Shown piece after piece: positions 1 through 9,427 of a DNA stretch of 64,000 nt. Made by a program: the position numbers and the translations under genes. How positions within the stretch are numbered: position 1 is the stretch's first letter; every line of letters begins with the position of its first letter. Under the pieces are notes generated by a model. That model made no database searches. It saw nothing but the letters and a program-made list of their open reading frames with translations, and was not told where the DNA came from. Source of the DNA: Syntrophaceae bacterium UBA6252 (GTDB lineage Bacteria > Desulfobacterota > Syntrophia > Syntrophales > UBA6807); NCBI GenBank assembly GCA_002441265.1, contig DJVQ01000045.1:57575-121574 (forward strand), written 5' to 3'.

Positions 1-1845
1 TTCCTGTTCTCGATCAAAATATTCGAGGGAAGAAGCGGGTGGATACCGGGCATCGAGCGTGAAAAGCCCGCATGGCTGTTCCTGTACCCGTTTGTCTGTA
101 TTATTTCCGTCTTCATGGATGGGTATAGTTTCATGATGTTTGCCGTGGGGTCAACCATCCTTGGCTTATGGTTCTTCATTTCGAATGGCGGACAAAACAG
201 AAAACACTTGATGCTGGTTTCCTTTCCGGTCCATATCGTGGGCCTGGGAGTCGCCTATATTCTTTATGCCCTTTATATCGGAAAATCCGGGTTTAGCGAC
301 GCGCCGCCGGATTTTTTCCGCGGCTGGGGAGTGGATCTCACTTTTATTCTCATTCCGACAAGAGGAATGCACTGGCTGCCGGATTTGATTGGATGGAGCG
401 TTTCCCGTTCCCCTAAAATTTTTTTTGGCGACGCGTCTGTCTGGATATCATCTTTTTCCATCCCGGTAATCATCGGTGCCGTTTGGGCTGCTCTGATTTC
501 CGGGCAGAAAAAGAAACTGGTTATCGGCCTGGCGATGATCAGCCTCTTTGGTTTTTACATGTCTTTGGGCCCGTCAATCAAGTTCAACAGCACCAAGCCT
601 CCGGGGGAAAAGCTCGGTGCGCTGATGCCGGAGCGGTATGCGATCGCACCGAACGGATCCGGCTTCCTGTCGAAGAATCTGCCGGGATTCAAGAACATGC
701 GTGCCAGTTATCGATGGGGCGCTCTGGGGGTGTTTGGCGCCTGGGCATTGCTTGTTTCTTCGATGTCGGCGGAGAACAGGAGAAGGACCGTTTTCGGTTC
801 CGTGGCTCTCCTGGGGATCGTTATGCTGCTCAATTTGCCAAACCCATCGTTTAAATGGAAGAATTACACCTCAAACCGTTCCATGTTCCTGAGGCTTGAA
901 TCGGATGTTGTCGATGACATGAGGATGTTTCTTCATCCGGGAGAGCGGGTTGCATTTCTGCCGTGGAGGAATGATTTCCTCGCCAATTACGTCGCTTCGA
1001 AACTGAATGTCGTTTCTTTCAACATAGGAGGCGACAAGAACCTGGAGGACGCAAGAAAACATTGGCCTGCGATCATGCGGGACTTTCCGATCGCCAAGGT
1101 GGATGACGAATTTGCCGGTCGTGTTTATCTGATGCTGACGAGGAAAGAAGCGGACTGCATTGTCTTTCCCTACATTGACATGCTCTGGGCAGCCCACTCC
1201 TGGCCGTATCCGGTCAAATTCAAGGAACAGTTTGTGCCTGTAATCGAGCGGCTGGCCGGTTCCGGACTTGTCGAGATCACGGATCGTGATTTCTTTGCGG
1301 TTGTGCGGTTGAAAAGTTTTCCCTCGGAGAAGGTATTCTATCCGATGACGGTGCGAGACGGGAATTTTTCCCTGTTCCGCGTGTTGGGAGACGGCTGGAA
1401 CAAGGTCAGAAAGGGGTGCGTATGGTCCGGAGAGAACGCCGGCCTGGCGCTGCCCATACCGGAAGATTGCTCTTCCGCGGCATGCTCGGCGACTCTGGAT
1501 TTCTTTGTATTCGGTGCATCCGCGGAGAAACCCGTTGAAGTCTCCTTTACCTATGGTACCGGAAACGGGGTAAAGGAAGAAAAGATCGTCGCGACGGACA
1601 ATGCCCGGTCAAGTGTCGACATTCCTCTCCCTCGAACCGGAAAAAGTCAAAATGTCGGTGTCAATGTCCGGCAGTCCGTTTTGCCGGGATCGTCAGCTCC
1701 TTCCACTGACACCGGAGCCCCGGGGATCGCCCTGAGCGCCGTGAGACTGCTCTCGTGCGATACGAATGAAGATGAGACGGAGTCCCTCACCCGCCTCCCC
1801 TCCGGATTGCGTCCGATGCCGAGGCGGGGACTGGACTTACAGTAA
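1..1845 (+). CDS. Polytopic membrane protein, putative GT-C-fold glycosyltransferase with C-terminal extracytoplasmic domain (5'-truncated by window edge)
   Basis: The frame of ORF 115..1845 is open back to base 1 (FLFSIKIFEG...). Many hydrophobic segments, a 'LPGFKNMRASYRW' motif like YfhO/GT-C-type membrane proteins, a soluble C-terminus, and a polyprenol-P GT2 next door. Confidence 0.55.
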   Translation, partial: FLFSIKIFEGRSGWIPGIEREKPAWLFLYPFVCIISVFMDGYSFMMFAVGSTILGLWFFISNGGQNRKHLMLVSFPVHIVGLGVAYILYALYIGKSGFSDAPPDFFRGWGVDLTFILIPTRGMHWLPDLIGWSVSRSPKIFFGDASVWISSFSIPVIIGAVWAALISGQKKKLVIGLAMISLFGFYMSLGPSIKFNSTKPPGEKLGALMPERYAIAPNGSGFLSKNLPGFKNMRASYRWGALGVFGAWALLVSSMSAENRRRTVFGSVALLGIVMLLNLPNPSFKWKNYTSNRSMFLRLESDVVDDMRMFLHPGERVAFLPWRNDFLANYVASKLNVVSFNIGGDKNLEDARKHWPAIMRDFPIAKVDDEFAGRVYLMLTRKEADCIVFPYIDMLWAAHSWPYPVKFKEQFVPVIERLAGSGLVEITDRDFFAVVRLKSFPSEKVFYPMTVRDGNFSLFRVLGDGWNKVRKGCVWSGENAGLALPIPEDCSSAACSATLDFFVFGASAEKPVEVSFTYGTGNGVKEEKIVATDNARSSVDIPLPRTGKSQNVGVNVRQSVLPGSSAPSTDTGAPGIALSAVRLLSCDTNEDETESLTRLPSGLRPMPRRGLDLQ

Positions 1846-1951
1846 GGTTGGCGTTCATTGGAAATACGGGTGCCAATTGATGAAGGGGCGGAAATTTCAG
1901 TAGACGGTTATTCGTTCAAAAGGGCGAAGAACCGGGGGGGAAAAAAGCGAA

Positions 1952-2947
1952 ATGAAGCTTGTCATCCAGATACCCTGTTATAACGAGGCGGAAACACTCG
2001 CTTTGGCGCTTGCCGAATTGCCGAGGGAAGTGCCCGGTTTCGACATTGTCGAATGGCTCGTCATCGATGACGGCAGCACCGATGACACCGTCAGAGTGGC
2101 TGAGGAAAACGGCGTCGACCACATCGTGCGGCACACCCGGAACCAGGGCCTGGCAAGGGCCTTCATGACCGGCATCAATGCCTGCCTGCGCTTTGGGGCG
2201 GACTGTATCGTCAACACCGATGCCGACAACCAGTACAACGCCGATGACATCCCGCTTCTGGTGGCCCCTGTTGTCGAAGGACGTGCCGACATCGTCGTGG
2301 GTACCCGGCCGATCGAGACCATCGAGCATTTCTCCCCAGCCAAAAAGTTCCTCCAGAAACTGGGAAGCTGGGTTGTCCGGATCGCCAGCAAGACCGACAT
2401 CCCTGACGCCCCAAGCGGTTTCCGTGCCATGAGCCGGGCCGCCGCCCAGCGCATCATCGTATTCAACGACTACACGTACACCCTGGAGACCATCATCCAG
2501 GCGGGACAGAAGAACATGGCCATTACGTCGGTACCCGTGAGGGTGAACGAAGACCTTCGCCCATCGCGGCTGCTGAAGAGCGTTCCGTCCTACGTCAGGC
2601 ACAGCATCGTCACCATCGTCCGGATTTTTGTCATCTATCGGCCTTTTCGTTTCTTCGGGTGGATCGGGGCCGTGTTGTTCGGACTCGGCTTGTTGATCGG
2701 CATCCGGTTCATATGGTTTTACATCAACGGACAAGGGGGAGGGCATGTTCAGTCCCTGATCCTGTCAAGCATACTTCTCGGAATGGGGTTTCAGACTTTC
2801 CTCGTGGCCTTTGTCGCCGATCTGCTGTCTGCCAACCGGAAGCTTTCCGAAGAAGTGAGATACGACATGAAGGCGATCACAAACGAATTGATCGATAAAA
2901 GAAAAACGGCAGCCGGTTACGGGGAACACGGTCGGCCCGGTCCATGA
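1952..2947 (+). CDS. GT2 glycosyltransferase, polyprenol-phosphate glycosyl synthase type (DPM/GtrB-like) with two C-terminal TM helices
   Basis: IQIPCYNE, VIDDGSTD, NTDADNQY and DAPSGFRA motifs; two hydrophobic helices near the C-terminus. Confidence 0.9.
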   Translation: MKLVIQIPCYNEAETLALALAELPREVPGFDIVEWLVIDDGSTDDTVRVAEENGVDHIVRHTRNQGLARAFMTGINACLRFGADCIVNTDADNQYNADDIPLLVAPVVEGRADIVVGTRPIETIEHFSPAKKFLQKLGSWVVRIASKTDIPDAPSGFRAMSRAAAQRIIVFNDYTYTLETIIQAGQKNMAITSVPVRVNEDLRPSRLLKSVPSYVRHSIVTIVRIFVIYRPFRFFGWIGAVLFGLGLLIGIRFIWFYINGQGGGHVQSLILSSILLGMGFQTFLVAFVADLLSANRKLSEEVRYDMKAITNELIDKRKTAAGYGEHGRPGP

Positions 2948-3304
2948 TCGGGGCTTGGAACAGGGATACAACGGTGCCGGGATATTGAAGGCATGTTTGA
3001 GGTGAGGAAACGGATGACCGATAATAGAGGAGTGACCCGGTCATCCGGGGCGATCATGAAACAATCCATGTATGGCGGTGTGTACCCTGTGATTTCGAGA
3101 GAGTACATCGGGAAGTCGGAGGATCATGTTCTTCTGATGTCCTGCGATTGCGCGCACGATACATACTGCAAAACAAAAATAATGCCGCTGCCGGGAAAGA
3201 AGACGACCCGAAAGAAGATGCACGCCCGTATGGAACGTCCCGGGCGAAGGGTGTCGTCCGCCGGAACGATGAGGCATTAGCCCGCATCTCAAAGAGAAAG
3301 CTTC

Positions 3305-3952
3305 ATGGATATTTCGGGCGGTTTGACAGATGAAGATATCGTTGTCGGAAACATCTACAATAAGTATGGTGCGAGGAACCCGTTCGTACGTTTCCTCATG
3401 AGAGGTTTCGACAGATCGCTTTCCAGCCTCGTCGCAGGAACATCGGCGCGCTCCATACACGACGTGGGTTGCGGTGAGGGCTATTGGGTTTTCCACTGGC
3501 ACGGCCAGGGCCTTCACGTGCGAGGGACGGATTTTTCGAGCAAAGTGATAGACATCGCACGGGCCAATGCGAGGATGCGGGGTGTCGATCCCCGTGTTTT
3601 TGAGACCAGAAATATCTTTGATATGGAGCATGGCCGCGACGACGCCGACCTGATCATGTGCCTCGAGGTGCTCGAACACCTGGAACATCCCGAATGCGCT
3701 TTGCATGCGTTGCAGCGTGTCGTGAACAGATACGTCATCATAAGCGTACCCCGTGAGCCGGTCTGGCGCGTGCTGAACCTGCTGCGGGGCAGATACATCG
3801 GTGCTCTCGGAAATACCCCGGGGCATGTCCAGCATTGGTCATGCAGAGGTTTCAGCTCTCTGGTGCAGCGCTATTTCGATATCGTAGAGATGAGGGCGCC
3901 TCTGCCTTGGACGATGGTTTTGTGCCGGGCCAGGCGATCAAGCCTTCTCTGA
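3305..3952 (+). CDS. Class I SAM-dependent methyltransferase
   Basis: DVGCGEG motif I and EVLEHL post-II motif. Confidence 0.85.
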   Translation: MDISGGLTDEDIVVGNIYNKYGARNPFVRFLMRGFDRSLSSLVAGTSARSIHDVGCGEGYWVFHWHGQGLHVRGTDFSSKVIDIARANARMRGVDPRVFETRNIFDMEHGRDDADLIMCLEVLEHLEHPECALHALQRVVNRYVIISVPREPVWRVLNLLRGRYIGALGNTPGHVQHWSCRGFSSLVQRYFDIVEMRAPLPWTMVLCRARRSSLL

Positions 3953-4812
3953 TGCATCGTGCCTTGAAGCTCGCTTTAAATATAGCGGGCGGCCTGCTGA
4001 GTCTGGCGGGTGTCGCCTTTGTGGGAATCCGGCTTTCCGGCTATATGGCGGAGATAGATCTTGCCCGGTTCCATTGGAAGGCGTGGCTCCTGGCAGGTTT
4101 CTTCGCGCTTGTTTACGGGACCGCCAATACGCTCCTGGCAAGGGCCTGGTGGAACCTGATGGAATTTCTCAAAGCCCCCGCCGGATGGGGTTGGGCATGG
4201 CGCATTTACGGCGTATCCCAGCTTGCCAAATATGTCCCGGGCAACATCTTCCACCTGGCGAGCCGACAGGCGCTCTCGATGGCCGCCGGGTTCGAGGGAT
4301 GGATGCTTGCGAAGTCGACGGTCTGGGAATTGGGTCTGCTTGTTCTGGCAGGAGTGATGTTTTTTGGTCTCATCCTGGACCTTTTATTTCCTTCATTGCC
4401 GTTTTTTGCCCCGCTTCTTGTCTTTGTCGGAGTGTTTCTGTCGGTCGAAGCCGGTTTGAGATGCTGGTCGGCCCCTTCCATCGCCAGGGCCTTGGCCTGG
4501 CAATGGGTCTTTCTCATCATTTCAGGCCTTGTTTTCGTGGGGGTCCTGGCCCTGGTCGCGCCGCAGAGTGTCAATTTCGCCCTGTTGCCCACATTCTGCG
4601 GCTCTTACGTGATTGCGTGGCTTGCCGGGCTCGTCACACCCGGAGCGCCGGCCGGTGTCGGGGTGCGGGAGTTGGTCCTTCTTTATTTGCTCGAAGGCTA
4701 TGTCATGGAAACGAATTTACTGCTGGCGGTTGTCCTGGGCCGGCTTGTGACCGTGGCGGGAGATTTGCTGTTCTTCTGCATGGCATCGACGGCGAGAACC
4801 GGGAAAGGATAG
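3952..4812 (+). CDS. Lysylphosphatidylglycerol-synthase TM domain / putative flippase membrane protein
   Basis: ATG at 3952 overlaps the upstream TGA (TGATG). Motifs SQLAKYVPG and PAGVGVRE are typical of the LPG_synthase_TM (UPF0104/AglD2-like) family; about 8 TM segments. Confidence 0.75.
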   Translation: MHRALKLALNIAGGLLSLAGVAFVGIRLSGYMAEIDLARFHWKAWLLAGFFALVYGTANTLLARAWWNLMEFLKAPAGWGWAWRIYGVSQLAKYVPGNIFHLASRQALSMAAGFEGWMLAKSTVWELGLLVLAGVMFFGLILDLLFPSLPFFAPLLVFVGVFLSVEAGLRCWSAPSIARALAWQWVFLIISGLVFVGVLALVAPQSVNFALLPTFCGSYVIAWLAGLVTPGAPAGVGVRELVLLYLLEGYVMETNLLLAVVLGRLVTVAGDLLFFCMASTARTGKG

Positions 4813-5069
4813 GGGCCGCCCTTTGCGGCAGTGCCGGCGCTTCATCGGGCCTTATGGGAGACGGGATTTTCACGGTTGCTTGTCAATGAATCGATGGATG
4901 CCATGTTCCGGAAATCAACAAATGGAACAAAATATGTCTCTTGCCATTGATGAAAAAAAATATTATGCCACGGTCAGAATTTTACCGGGGGACAGGGGTG
5001 CGGTTCCGTACGCGATACATGCGATCGATTACGCGCTTCCTTTACGTCTTGCATTGACTCAGAGTTGAT

Positions 5070-6125
5070 ATGACTTCAAGAGAAGCAATGGGCGAGCGCA
5101 CGGGAAAGACAGCCCTGATCCTGGGCATCTCCGGCCAGGACGGGTCGTATCTTGCCGAATTTCTCCTGAAAAAGGGATACAGGGTCTTCGGCTGTTCCCG
5201 GGACGCCCAGATGAACCGTTTTGTCAATCTCGTCCATCTCGGAATCCTGAACCGGGTCCGGATCGAATCGGTTTCCATGAAGGATTTCAGGAGCGTCCTC
5301 CAGGTGCTCCGGAAAGTGCGGCCCGACGAAATCTACAATCTTGCCGGGCAGAGTTCCGTGGGGCTTTCCTTCGACCAGCCGCTGGAAACGTTTCAAAGCG
5401 TCAGCATCGCCACCCTGAACCTCCTCGAGGCGGTGAAGTACCTGAACGATCCGGTCAGGATCTACAATGCCGGATCCGGCGAGTGTTTCGGGAATGCGGG
5501 GAAAAAACCGGCGGACGAGACGACGCCTTTTCATCCCCGGAGCCCCTATGCCGTGGCCAAAGCGACGGCGTTCTGCCAGGTGGCCAACTACCGGGACGCT
5601 TACGGACTGTTCGCCTGCACCGGCCTCCTGTTCAACCACGAATCCCCCCTCCGGCCCCTCCGGTTCGTGACCCGGAAAATCGTGAACGCCGCCTGCCGCA
5701 TCGCAAAGGGCGAAGCGAGCCTGCTCGAACTGGGAAACATTGCCGTGGAGCGTGACTGGGGCTGGGCGCCGGAATATGTGGAGGCCATGTGGCTCATGCT
5801 GCAGCAGGATACTCCCGAGGACTACGTCATCGCCACGGGGGAAACCCGGAAGCTGGAGGACTTCATCCGCGAGGCCTTCGCGGCCGTGGGCCTGGATTGG
5901 CGGGAACATGTGAAGACGAACTCGTTTCTGATGAGGCCCACGGAGATCCTGGTGACCCGGGCCGATCCCGGGAAGGCGCACCGGAAGCTGGGGTGGAAGG
6001 CCCGCTACAGGATGGAGGACGTGGTACGAATGATGGCTGAAGAAGAACGAAAGACCCTGGAGCGGCCCCCGAAGAAAAGGCGGGGGAATGGAAAGCCGAC
6101 TGCGCCGAGGGGCGCCGTTTCATGA
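5070..6125 (+). CDS. gmd: GDP-mannose 4,6-dehydratase (copy 1); start may be ATG 5088
   Basis: GISGQDGSYLA, YNLAGQSSV, PRSPYAVAK, FNHESP, FVTRKI and RDWGWA motifs. Confidence 0.9.
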   Translation: MTSREAMGERTGKTALILGISGQDGSYLAEFLLKKGYRVFGCSRDAQMNRFVNLVHLGILNRVRIESVSMKDFRSVLQVLRKVRPDEIYNLAGQSSVGLSFDQPLETFQSVSIATLNLLEAVKYLNDPVRIYNAGSGECFGNAGKKPADETTPFHPRSPYAVAKATAFCQVANYRDAYGLFACTGLLFNHESPLRPLRFVTRKIVNAACRIAKGEASLLELGNIAVERDWGWAPEYVEAMWLMLQQDTPEDYVIATGETRKLEDFIREAFAAVGLDWREHVKTNSFLMRPTEILVTRADPGKAHRKLGWKARYRMEDVVRMMAEEERKTLERPPKKRRGNGKPTAPRGAVS

Positions 6126-7093
6126 AAAAAGCTCTGATATTCGGAATCTCCGGCCAGGATGGATCGTACCTTGCCCGATTCCTGCTGGGAAAAGGGTATG
6201 AGGTGATCGGCACTTCCAGGGACGCCCAGATTGCGGGTTTTGAAAACCTCGAACGGCTCGGTATACGGGAAAAGCTCCTTCTGGAGTCGGTTTCCCTGGT
6301 CGATTTCCGGAGCGTGCTCCAGGTGGTGGACCGGTATAAGCCCGACGAGATCTACAATCTGGCGGGCCAGGGGTCGGTGGGCCTCTCCTTCGAACATCCC
6401 GTGGAGACATTCCAGAGCCTGGGCATCGGTACGCTCAATCTGCTCGAGGTCATCCGGTTTCTGGGGGCGCCGATCCGGTTTTACCATGCCGGTTCCAGCG
6501 AATGCTTCGGGGACACCGGGGGAACGGCGGCCGATGAATCCACGCCGTTTCACCCGAGGAGTCCCTATGGCGTCGCCAAGGCCGCGGGTTTCTGGCAGAC
6601 GGTCAACTACCGGGAGGCTTACGGGATTTTCGCCTGTTCGGGCATTCTCTTCAACCACGAATCGCCTTTCCGTCCGGAGCGGTTCGTCACCCGGAAGGTC
6701 GTGAACGCCGCCTGCCGCATCGCCAGGGGAAGCCGGGAAAAACTCCTCCTTGGAAACATCGCCGTGGAGCGTGACTGGGGCTGGGCGCCGGAATACGTGG
6801 AAGCCATGTGGCTGATGCTCCGGCGAGAAATTCCAGGCGATTACGTCATCGCCACCGGTGAAAGCCACACCCTCGAGGATTTCGTCGATGCGGTCTTTTC
6901 CTGTCTCGACCTTGACTGGCGGGAACATGTGGAGATCGGCAGGGAGTTGTTCAGACCGGCGGACATCCTGAGGATGAAGGCCGACCCGGGCAAGGCCTGG
7001 CGCGAACTGGGCTGGGAAGCGAGGTCCAGGATGCGGGACGTGGCGAGAAGAATGGTGAGGGCCGAGTGGGATCCCGACAACGGCTCCTTATGA
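6122..7093 (+). CDS. gmd: GDP-mannose 4,6-dehydratase (copy 2)
   Basis: Same motif set (GISGQDGSYLA, PRSPYGVAK, FNHESP, RDWGWA); ATGA overlap with copy 1. Confidence 0.9.
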   Translation: MKKALIFGISGQDGSYLARFLLGKGYEVIGTSRDAQIAGFENLERLGIREKLLLESVSLVDFRSVLQVVDRYKPDEIYNLAGQGSVGLSFEHPVETFQSLGIGTLNLLEVIRFLGAPIRFYHAGSSECFGDTGGTAADESTPFHPRSPYGVAKAAGFWQTVNYREAYGIFACSGILFNHESPFRPERFVTRKVVNAACRIARGSREKLLLGNIAVERDWGWAPEYVEAMWLMLRREIPGDYVIATGESHTLEDFVDAVFSCLDLDWREHVEIGRELFRPADILRMKADPGKAWRELGWEARSRMRDVARRMVRAEWDPDNGSL

Positions 7094-7114
7094 CGATCCG
7101 GGTTGCGCGACACG

Positions 7115-9427
7115 ATGACGGACCGTAGAATATTCTCCGCCCTTGCGGTGTTTCTCGTCATCGCCGCGGCGTTCGCCGTTTACGGGGAAATCTTCGATTA
7201 TCCCTTCGTTTTCGACGACGCTCCCAATATCCTGGAGAACGCGCGGATCCGTTCCCTGTCGAGCTTCCTGGGCTCGAGGGTCCTGTCCCAGGGCCGGGAG
7301 GCGGTCAATTTCACCTTCGCTGTGAACTACGCCCTCGGAGGATACGAAGTTTCCGGTTATCATCTCGGCAACATCCTCATTCATATCCTCAACGGCATTG
7401 TGGTCTATTTCCTGTCCCTCCTCCTTCTCCGGGGGATGGCCGGCAGGTCCGGCCCCGCCGGGGACGGCGGAAACGGCTCCGCCCGGCTCGTTTCTCTCTT
7501 CACGGCCCTTCTTTTCGTGGTCCACCCCCTTCAGACCCAGGCGGTGACTTACACGATCCAGCGGTACACCTCCATGGCGGCCCTGTTTTACATGGCCTCC
7601 ATCCTTTTTTACCTGGCGGCCCGGCTCCTTCAGAAAGGGGAACCGGCGACGGCGGTCCTTGAAACGGTGCGGGAGAATGGACCCGCCGACACCGGAAGGC
7701 CCGCCGGGAAGAAGAAAAAACAGAAGAAGCGGAATACGGCTCCCGCCGGGTACGGCACCGCTCCGGGACCGGCTGCGGAGAAGGCTGTCGCCGGTCCCCT
7801 TCCCGGACGGAGGACGGCATTCCGGATCGTTCTTTTCTTCGTTCTTTCCGTCCTGTGCGCCTTCGTGGCCTTTCTGTGCAAGGAAAACACGCTCAGCCTT
7901 CCCGTCGCCATCCTCCTGGTGGAATATTTCGCCGTCGACCGCTCCCGGGCGGGCTGGAAGAGGAAGATTCCCTGGATCGTCGCGGTCGTGGCCGCCGTGG
8001 CGGTCTTCTACCTTTATGTCTCCGGGCTGTTCCGGCCCGGATTCTCGTGGGGGCGGTTCCTTGCGGAACTGGACAGCCGAAGCCGGGAAACGGACGCCGT
8101 CGGCCGCTGGTCGTATCTGTTCACCCAGTTCAACGTCCTTGTCACCTATCTCCGGCTTTTCTTTTTTCCGGTGAACCAGAACCTGGATTACATGTATCCT
8201 TTCCGGACGGGCTTTTTCGGCGGGACGACGCCTTTTGCCTTTGCGTTTCTCCTTTCCCTCGCCGCCGGCGCTTTCCTGGTCCGCAGGAGATGGCCCGTTC
8301 TCTCCTTCGGCGTTTTCTGGTTCTTTGTCACCCTTTCGGTGGAATCGACGATCATCCCCATCCGGGACGCCCTCTTCGAGCACCGGATGTACCTCCCCCT
8401 TTTCGGGTGTGCCCTGGCCTTCGCCTGGACGGTGTTCCGGCTCTTCGGGAACCGGAAGGCGCTGGCGGCGGGCCTGTGCGTCATCCTCGTGGCGGCCCTC
8501 GGGACGGCATCCTTCCTGCGAAACCAGGTCTGGCGGGATGAAACCGTCCTGTGGTCCGACGTGGTCCGGAAAAACCCGGGAAGCGTCCGGGGGCTCAATT
8601 ACCTGGGGACTTTCCAGATGGAGAGGGGGCGACTGGAAGAGGCGGTGGCCCTTCTGGAGTGGGCTCTCCGTGTGAGCGCCGCCGGCGGAGACGCCATCAC
8701 CCATTACAACCTCGCCAATGTCCTGAAAAAAAAGGGAGACGGAACGGGTGCCGAGCGGCATTACCGCGAAGCCCTCCGGATGAATCCGGGGTATGCCGAC
8801 GCATATGTCAACCTGGGGAACCTTTATCTGGAACGGGGTGACGGGGGACAGGCCCTTGCCATGTATGAAAAGGCCCTGAAAGTCGACCGGTTCAGCAGGG
8901 GGGCCCGATACGGTCTTGCGTCGCTGCATCTCCGGAAGGGGGATTACAGGGGAGCGGCGGAGCAATTCAAGGTCCTCGTCAAGGCGGACCCGGCCGATGC
9001 GGCGGCCCGGAACAACCTGGCAAGCGCCTTCCTGGAAATGGGGGATGAGGCCGCCGCCGTCCGGGAACTGAATGAGGCCCTCCGGCTGAGACCGGATTAC
9101 GGAGAGGCCCGCTTCAACCTGGCGGTCATTTACGAGAGAAAGGGCGAATACGACCGGGCCCTTTCCCATTACGAAAAGGCGGCCGCATCGGGGGACCGTG
9201 CGGTCCCCGTGGCGTATTTGCGCGCCGCCAGGATCCATGCCATGAAGAAGGAAACGGACCAGGCCCTCCGCGGACTCGAGAGGGCCTTTGCGTCGGGCTT
9301 CCGGAACTGGAGCGCCGTCGAGTCCGACGAAGCGTTTGCGTCCCTCCGGTCTTTGGAACAATACCGGGAGCTTGGCGCCAGATACTCAAAACCCTCCCGG
9401 GAGAAGGAGAAAGAGTCTTCCCGATGA
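7115..9427 (+). CDS. TMTC-like (GT-C) membrane glycosyltransferase with C-terminal TPR array, paralogue 1
   Basis: FVFDD, YHLGNILIH, HPLQTQAVTYTIQR, KE, EHRMYLP and RNQVWRD motifs characteristic of TMTC1-4-like proteins; TPR repeats (YNLANVL, YVNLGNL, NNLASAF, FNLAVIY). ATG 7115 preferred over TTG 7103. Confidence 0.8.
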   Translation: MTDRRIFSALAVFLVIAAAFAVYGEIFDYPFVFDDAPNILENARIRSLSSFLGSRVLSQGREAVNFTFAVNYALGGYEVSGYHLGNILIHILNGIVVYFLSLLLLRGMAGRSGPAGDGGNGSARLVSLFTALLFVVHPLQTQAVTYTIQRYTSMAALFYMASILFYLAARLLQKGEPATAVLETVRENGPADTGRPAGKKKKQKKRNTAPAGYGTAPGPAAEKAVAGPLPGRRTAFRIVLFFVLSVLCAFVAFLCKENTLSLPVAILLVEYFAVDRSRAGWKRKIPWIVAVVAAVAVFYLYVSGLFRPGFSWGRFLAELDSRSRETDAVGRWSYLFTQFNVLVTYLRLFFFPVNQNLDYMYPFRTGFFGGTTPFAFAFLLSLAAGAFLVRRRWPVLSFGVFWFFVTLSVESTIIPIRDALFEHRMYLPLFGCALAFAWTVFRLFGNRKALAAGLCVILVAALGTASFLRNQVWRDETVLWSDVVRKNPGSVRGLNYLGTFQMERGRLEEAVALLEWALRVSAAGGDAITHYNLANVLKKKGDGTGAERHYREALRMNPGYADAYVNLGNLYLERGDGGQALAMYEKALKVDRFSRGARYGLASLHLRKGDYRGAAEQFKVLVKADPADAAARNNLASAFLEMGDEAAAVRELNEALRLRPDYGEARFNLAVIYERKGEYDRALSHYEKAAASGDRAVPVAYLRAARIHAMKKETDQALRGLERAFASGFRNWSAVESDEAFASLRSLEQYRELGARYSKPSREKEKESSR

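Noticed and set aside
2948..3304. Short ORFs 2993..3280 and 3148..3333 in the gap after the GT2
   Set aside because: No recognisable motifs and atypical composition; probably non-coding or a remnant.
4941..4970. Promoter upstream of gmd (TTGCCA...TATTAT)
   Set aside because: The spacer is only 14 bp; the AT-rich region may hold a promoter, but I cannot place it.
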